The translations under genes and the position numbers were made by a program. The notes beneath the pieces are model-generated. The model was given only the letters and a program-made list of their open reading frames with translations, had not been told where the DNA came from and did no database searches. This document shows positions 60,516 to 64,000 of a stretch of DNA of 64,000 nt, one piece after another (positions within the stretch are counted from its first letter, which is position 1; each line of letters starts with the position of its first letter). The stretch is from NCBI GenBank assembly GCA_000165345.1, contig CM000432.1, positions 576,001 through 640,000 on the forward strand, read 5' to 3'.

Positions 60516-61382
60516 TCACAAAGAAGTTTTTTTTTTATTAAAAAATGGTCTGTGTACCCATTCTATTGATAAGTTTTTCATCTCTAAAGTCCCAAGTTCT
60601 ATTTTATATAACTTAAGAATAAATCTGGGACCAATCTCGTTCAGTTGAATCTCTTCTGATTTGTCAGTAATATCTTTATCCCAACTAAAATGACGGAAAA
60701 TAATATTATCATTGATATTTACAAATGAAATTACTCTTTGAGATGCGTTTTTTAGTTTCGGAAATAAATGTTTTAAAATATTAGACACTCTTAACCCAAG
60801 AGTAGAATTAAAATTTTGAAAAATCAAGTGGGGAATACTTTGAGACATGGTTGATGGTTTGATTGGGAGATCATGCCTTAACACTACATCGCTTATGGCA
60901 AAATATGCAGTTGGCCCATAAGGAAAATGTGAGATAATTAAGCCATCAGGCTCTCCTCTATGTTCATGTACAACTACTAAGTCTGTAGCTCCGTTTGATC
61001 GGCACAAGTCCCCGAAATCATTTAAAACATAGCCACCTCTGTTTATTCTAAAACTATTAGGTATTACCAAATTTAGTTCCTTAACAAATTGTAACAGCCT
61101 ACTACTCGGGCTTCTAGATGTCGTAATTAGTATTTTTGGTTCATATAACCCAGATAAAGAATATTCATCATCAACAATAGATTTAGGATCGATTGATGTA
61201 TCAAAAAGGTCAATATTTGCAACAATCTTATCGGAAACATTCTTATATTCTGTTGGAATTTGCCTTCCTTCATCCAGAGCCTCCTTAAAACGAACACTCC
61301 TTTCGAATATGTTCTTTTCAACTCTTTCCAAACCTTTCCTAGAAATGTATTCTTTTCTTTGTCGTGCGTTTCTTCTTAACAT
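60516..61382 (-). CDS. IMP4: U3 snoRNP protein IMP4 (Brix domain)
   Basis: Collinear with human IMP4 from the N-terminus (MLRRNARQRKEYISRK vs MLRREARLRREYLYRK). Also DDEYSLSGLYEPKILITTSRSPSSRL, DLVVVHEHRGEPDGLIISHFPYGPTAYF and EIGPRFILKLYKIELGTLE. ATG at 61380-61382. Confidence 0.9.
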   Translation of the reverse strand: MLRRNARQRKEYISRKGLERVEKNIFERSVRFKEALDEGRQIPTEYKNVSDKIVANIDLFDTSIDPKSIVDDEYSLSGLYEPKILITTSRSPSSRLLQFVKELNLVIPNSFRINRGGYVLNDFGDLCRSNGATDLVVVHEHRGEPDGLIISHFPYGPTAYFAISDVVLRHDLPIKPSTMSQSIPHLIFQNFNSTLGLRVSNILKHLFPKLKNASQRVISFVNINDNIIFRHFSWDKDITDKSEEIQLNEIGPRFILKLYKIELGTLEMKNLSIEWVHRPFFNKKKTSL

Positions 61383-61506
61383 CGATATATTTGCAGTTAT
61401 TTTTTAAAATTTTTTTTTTGCAATCTAGCATGTTAACGCCGCAAATTGGAGACAAAGCGGGAGATTGAAAAAGTATTTTTGACATTTTCTTCAATTTCTT
61501 TATTTA

Positions 61507-62796
61507 ATGGATTGTAATGCAGTAAGCTCACTTTCGTGGGTTCCAAGAGGATACGCGAAGGAAGTCCCTATTAAAAATGCTCATTATGCTATGAATGACG
61601 AAGATGTTGAACAATATTTTGTCAGCCACAATATCGAGCATGAAATAAATAATCAAACAAAGACTATTATTGACACAAACTTGAATACATCTGGTAGAGA
61701 TGACAAAAATAGTAAGGATTTTTCTTTTTATGGTGAAAACTTTTTTCATACAGTTGAGAGAGGCTTATCTAAATTTGGCAAAGACCCAAATATGAAACAG
61801 GATCAATTTATTGATTCTGATGACGAAGCATTACAAATAAAAGCAGGTGATTCACTGTTGGCAACAACTACAATTGAAGATGATGTTGCTACCTTGCAGG
61901 TATATTTATATTCAATTGAAGATGGAAGTTTTTACGTGCATCATGATGTCATTATTGGAGATTATCCCCTTTGTTCAGAGTGGATTTCTCTAGGGTCTCA
62001 CAATAAAAACAATATTGTTGCAGTTGGATCATTTAATGGCGAGGTAAATCTTTGGAACTTAGATTTCATCGATTCAATTGATCCTATATTGACATTACAC
62101 AGTGATTTAGGACATTCTGATGCAGTAATGAGTTTGGCAGCACACAATGGAAATTCAAAGTTATTAGCATCAGGCTCTGCTGATGAAACAATTAAGCTTT
62201 GGGATTTAAATGAAGGCTCCTGCATTATCACTTATTCCAATTCTACAAACAAAGTTCAATGTCTAGAGTGGCATCATTCTGAAAACAACATATTAATCGC
62301 TGCTGATTATAACAGGTCTCTACAATTTATAGATATTAGAACAGTTGGCCGTCAAGCTTTACTAAATTACAACAAAGAGCACGGTGATCCAGAATCTATT
62401 GTATTACCCAGTGCGGGCATTTATGATAACGGAAATACTGTCATAATTTCTACAGAAAATGGGCTAATTTCAGGGTATGATATCAGAATGCTTTCTGAAA
62501 ACTGTGCTAAAAGTAAATTTTCAGTTGTAGCAAACCACAATTCAAAGCCGATCACATCTATTTGTTGTACATCTATTTCCAATATGTTGGTTAGCTGTGA
62601 TTTAGATGGTATTTCTAAGGTATGGGATTTGTCTCATATGAAGGAATGCGTCATTGAAAAGCCTCTCAAAGGAGGAAAGCTATTTACTTGCAAAAGCTGT
62701 CCGGATGAGAAGGCGATAGTAGCTTTTGGAGGTGAGTCAACAATCCTTTGGAATATTTCTCAAGAAGATGTTGTATCAAAGAAATTTGATTTATGA
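61507..62796 (+). CDS. PWP1: periodic tryptophan protein 1 (PWP1) WD40-repeat ribosome biogenesis factor
   Basis: SLSWVPRGYAKEVP resembles human PWP1 VAWVRCGVAKETP. VYLYSIEDGSFYVHHDVIIGDYPLCSEWIS...IVAVGSFNGEVNLWNLDFIDSIDPILTL...GHSDAVMSLA...LLASGSADETIKLWDL parallels human PWP1 ([29 protein letters not shown]...[27 protein letters not shown]...GHTDAVLDLS...VLASASADNTVILWDM). Confidence 0.85.
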   Translation: MDCNAVSSLSWVPRGYAKEVPIKNAHYAMNDEDVEQYFVSHNIEHEINNQTKTIIDTNLNTSGRDDKNSKDFSFYGENFFHTVERGLSKFGKDPNMKQDQFIDSDDEALQIKAGDSLLATTTIEDDVATLQVYLYSIEDGSFYVHHDVIIGDYPLCSEWISLGSHNKNNIVAVGSFNGEVNLWNLDFIDSIDPILTLHSDLGHSDAVMSLAAHNGNSKLLASGSADETIKLWDLNEGSCIITYSNSTNKVQCLEWHHSENNILIAADYNRSLQFIDIRTVGRQALLNYNKEHGDPESIVLPSAGIYDNGNTVIISTENGLISGYDIRMLSENCAKSKFSVVANHNSKPITSICCTSISNMLVSCDLDGISKVWDLSHMKECVIEKPLKGGKLFTCKSCPDEKAIVAFGGESTILWNISQEDVVSKKFDL

Positions 62797-63099
62797 ATTT
62801 GTATAGTTAACTTTATCTATATTAGTCTAAATTGCATTGTATAAGATTGATATTTAACAATATCGATGGTTTGTATTATGTGTTATATTTATTGTGTTTT
62901 AGCGATACACATATATAAGAAATATAGTAGAATATAGCTGTAATTCCAGCAGATAGCCCATTTAATGATTTTTTTCTCGCAATGTGCAGTCTTTCTTTCA
63001 ACCATGTGGGGGAATCGTGGCATTTTCAGAATTACCTGCGCCAGAATTATTCAATTTAAATACTTTTTTGAAATTAACACTAAAATCTTTATTATTAAA

Positions 63100-63300
63100 A
63101 TGAGGGTATTAAGTGGAAATGCAATTAACCAAGAAGTATTGGAAACACTAGCTGATATATCAAGCTTATTGAATACAGGATTAGATAAGGAAACCATATT
63201 AATTTTAATTAAACTATTAGAATTGGGCGTACAACCAGAAACATTATCAGAATTAGTGATTGAAATTCGCAGAGAAATAGAAAGCTACCAAATTTATTAG
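63100..63300 (+). CDS. MZT1: MOZART1 (MZT1, gamma-tubulin complex small subunit), 66 aa
   Basis: [48 protein letters not shown] matches the MZT1 core (...[40 protein letters not shown]). The track ORF 62965..63300 adds 45 unconserved residues; the ATG at 63100 gives the canonical size. Confidence 0.6.
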   Translation: [66 protein letters not shown]

Positions 63301-63509
63301 GGCAATGCGCATTAAAGTTATAAGTAAGTCAAGATTCTAGTTTAGGCCGAATTTATCCACAATTAATGATTAATTTTTCTCTTAGCACTCTAGTTGATAT
63401 TGAATGAATTCAGGCGGCAATACAACTCATTCGCATAGTTAAGTGTCTAGTAGCGCTCCTTGCAATACCGACAAATCAATAGACAAAGAGCTTGTGCTTA
63501 AAATATTCG

Positions 63510-64000
63510 ATGGAACAAAAAAGGTCATCAAATAGATCTATTTTTGGGAATGAGTACTTAAAAAAAGGTTCTTTAACTCAAAATGTGGTTGTTCTATGGG
63601 CATCTATTTCACCTTCAGCAGTTTTACTGCTTCCTTCGTGTATGAAAGAGACCGGAATTATTCTTGGACTTTTAATTATGTTCTTTTCATGTTTTGTGCT
63701 CTTTATGACTCAGTTTGTATTAATGAAATCAGCTGCTCTACTTTCAGCAGATAACTATGGAAACACTCTTTTGAAGGCTATATTATTTAAGAGCTCAGCT
63801 GATACAATAGAACAGGTAAATAACAATAAAGAAAGCGATAAACCGACAGTAAATGCAAAAATTATTGCATTTTTTGTTAATCTACCCATATTTTTTGCTA
63901 TGGCTATTACATTACCATGTTTTCTAATCATTTGGTGTTCATGTATTGAACAACTCATCCCTCCATTTTCAACCAAATTTACTACATCAGGTATTTCGTA
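63510..64000 (+). CDS. amino-acid/auxin permease-type (Aa_trans) transporter, 5' part (gene runs off the window end)
   Basis: ATG at 63510 and the frame is open to position 64000, so it is not in the ORF track. N-terminal cytosolic stretch followed by TM helices (VVVLWASISPSAVLLLPSCMKETGIILGLLIMFFSCFVLFMTQFVLM; IIAFFVNLPIFFAMAITLPCFLIIW), typical of the Aa_trans N-terminus. Confidence 0.4.
   Translation, partial: MEQKRSSNRSIFGNEYLKKGSLTQNVVVLWASISPSAVLLLPSCMKETGIILGLLIMFFSCFVLFMTQFVLMKSAALLSADNYGNTLLKAILFKSSADTIEQVNNNKESDKPTVNAKIIAFFVNLPIFFAMAITLPCFLIIWCSCIEQLIPPFSTKFTTSGIS

Noticed and set aside
1-64000. Prokaryotic-style defence or mobile system (CRISPR, restriction-modification, toxin-antitoxin, transposon, integron)
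   Set aside because: There are no direct-repeat arrays, no inverted terminal repeats and no transposase, integrase or nuclease genes. All recognisable genes are eukaryotic housekeeping genes with spliceosomal introns and a eukaryotic tRNA, so the window is a eukaryotic chromosome segment.

Overview
This window is eukaryotic nuclear DNA, not a prokaryotic island. It is very AT-rich (roughly 27-30% GC by eye). Genes are densely packed on both strands and mostly single-exon, with a few very small GT-AG introns of 42-54 nt that carry strong GTAAGT-type donors. It also holds a Pol III-type tRNA-Asn gene with an oligo-T terminator. I count about 40 genes. Most are conserved housekeeping genes identified by motif-level similarity:
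- Protein turnover and lipid/sugar metabolism: proteasome Rpt2, an FPPS-like polyprenyl synthase, PI-PLC, an oxysterol-binding protein, a glycerophosphodiester phosphodiesterase and UDP-glucose 4-epimerase.
- Ribosome and RNA biogenesis: Ipi3/WDR18, Nop53, a PDCD2-like protein, IMP4, PWP1 and LSm4.
- Genome maintenance and trafficking: a 3461-aa ATR/Mec1-like kinase, a Sec7 ArfGEF and a TMBIM/Bax-inhibitor protein.
- Others: a diflavin reductase, a P-type Ca2+-ATPase, MOZART1 and a SAS-6-like head-domain protein.
The first 10 kb instead carries a run of eight genes for signal-peptide-bearing, low-complexity proteins with no recognisable family. The composition, gene density, sparse tiny introns, low-complexity insertions in conserved enzymes and a SAS6-like gene fit a Cryptosporidium-like apicomplexan; this is an inference, not a database result.
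The ORF track mis-models several spliced genes, which I re-modelled by hand: LSm4 with an ATG-only first exon, a three-exon PDCD2-like gene, a two-exon Nop53 and a multi-exon small membrane protein. I also propose a C/D-box snoRNA candidate, short GC-rich E2F-like motifs in otherwise AT-rich promoters, and poly-G/poly-T tracts in divergent promoters. I see no CRISPR array, transposon, rRNA or prokaryote-type defence system. The most system-like novelty is the secreted-protein gene cluster at 1-10 kb.
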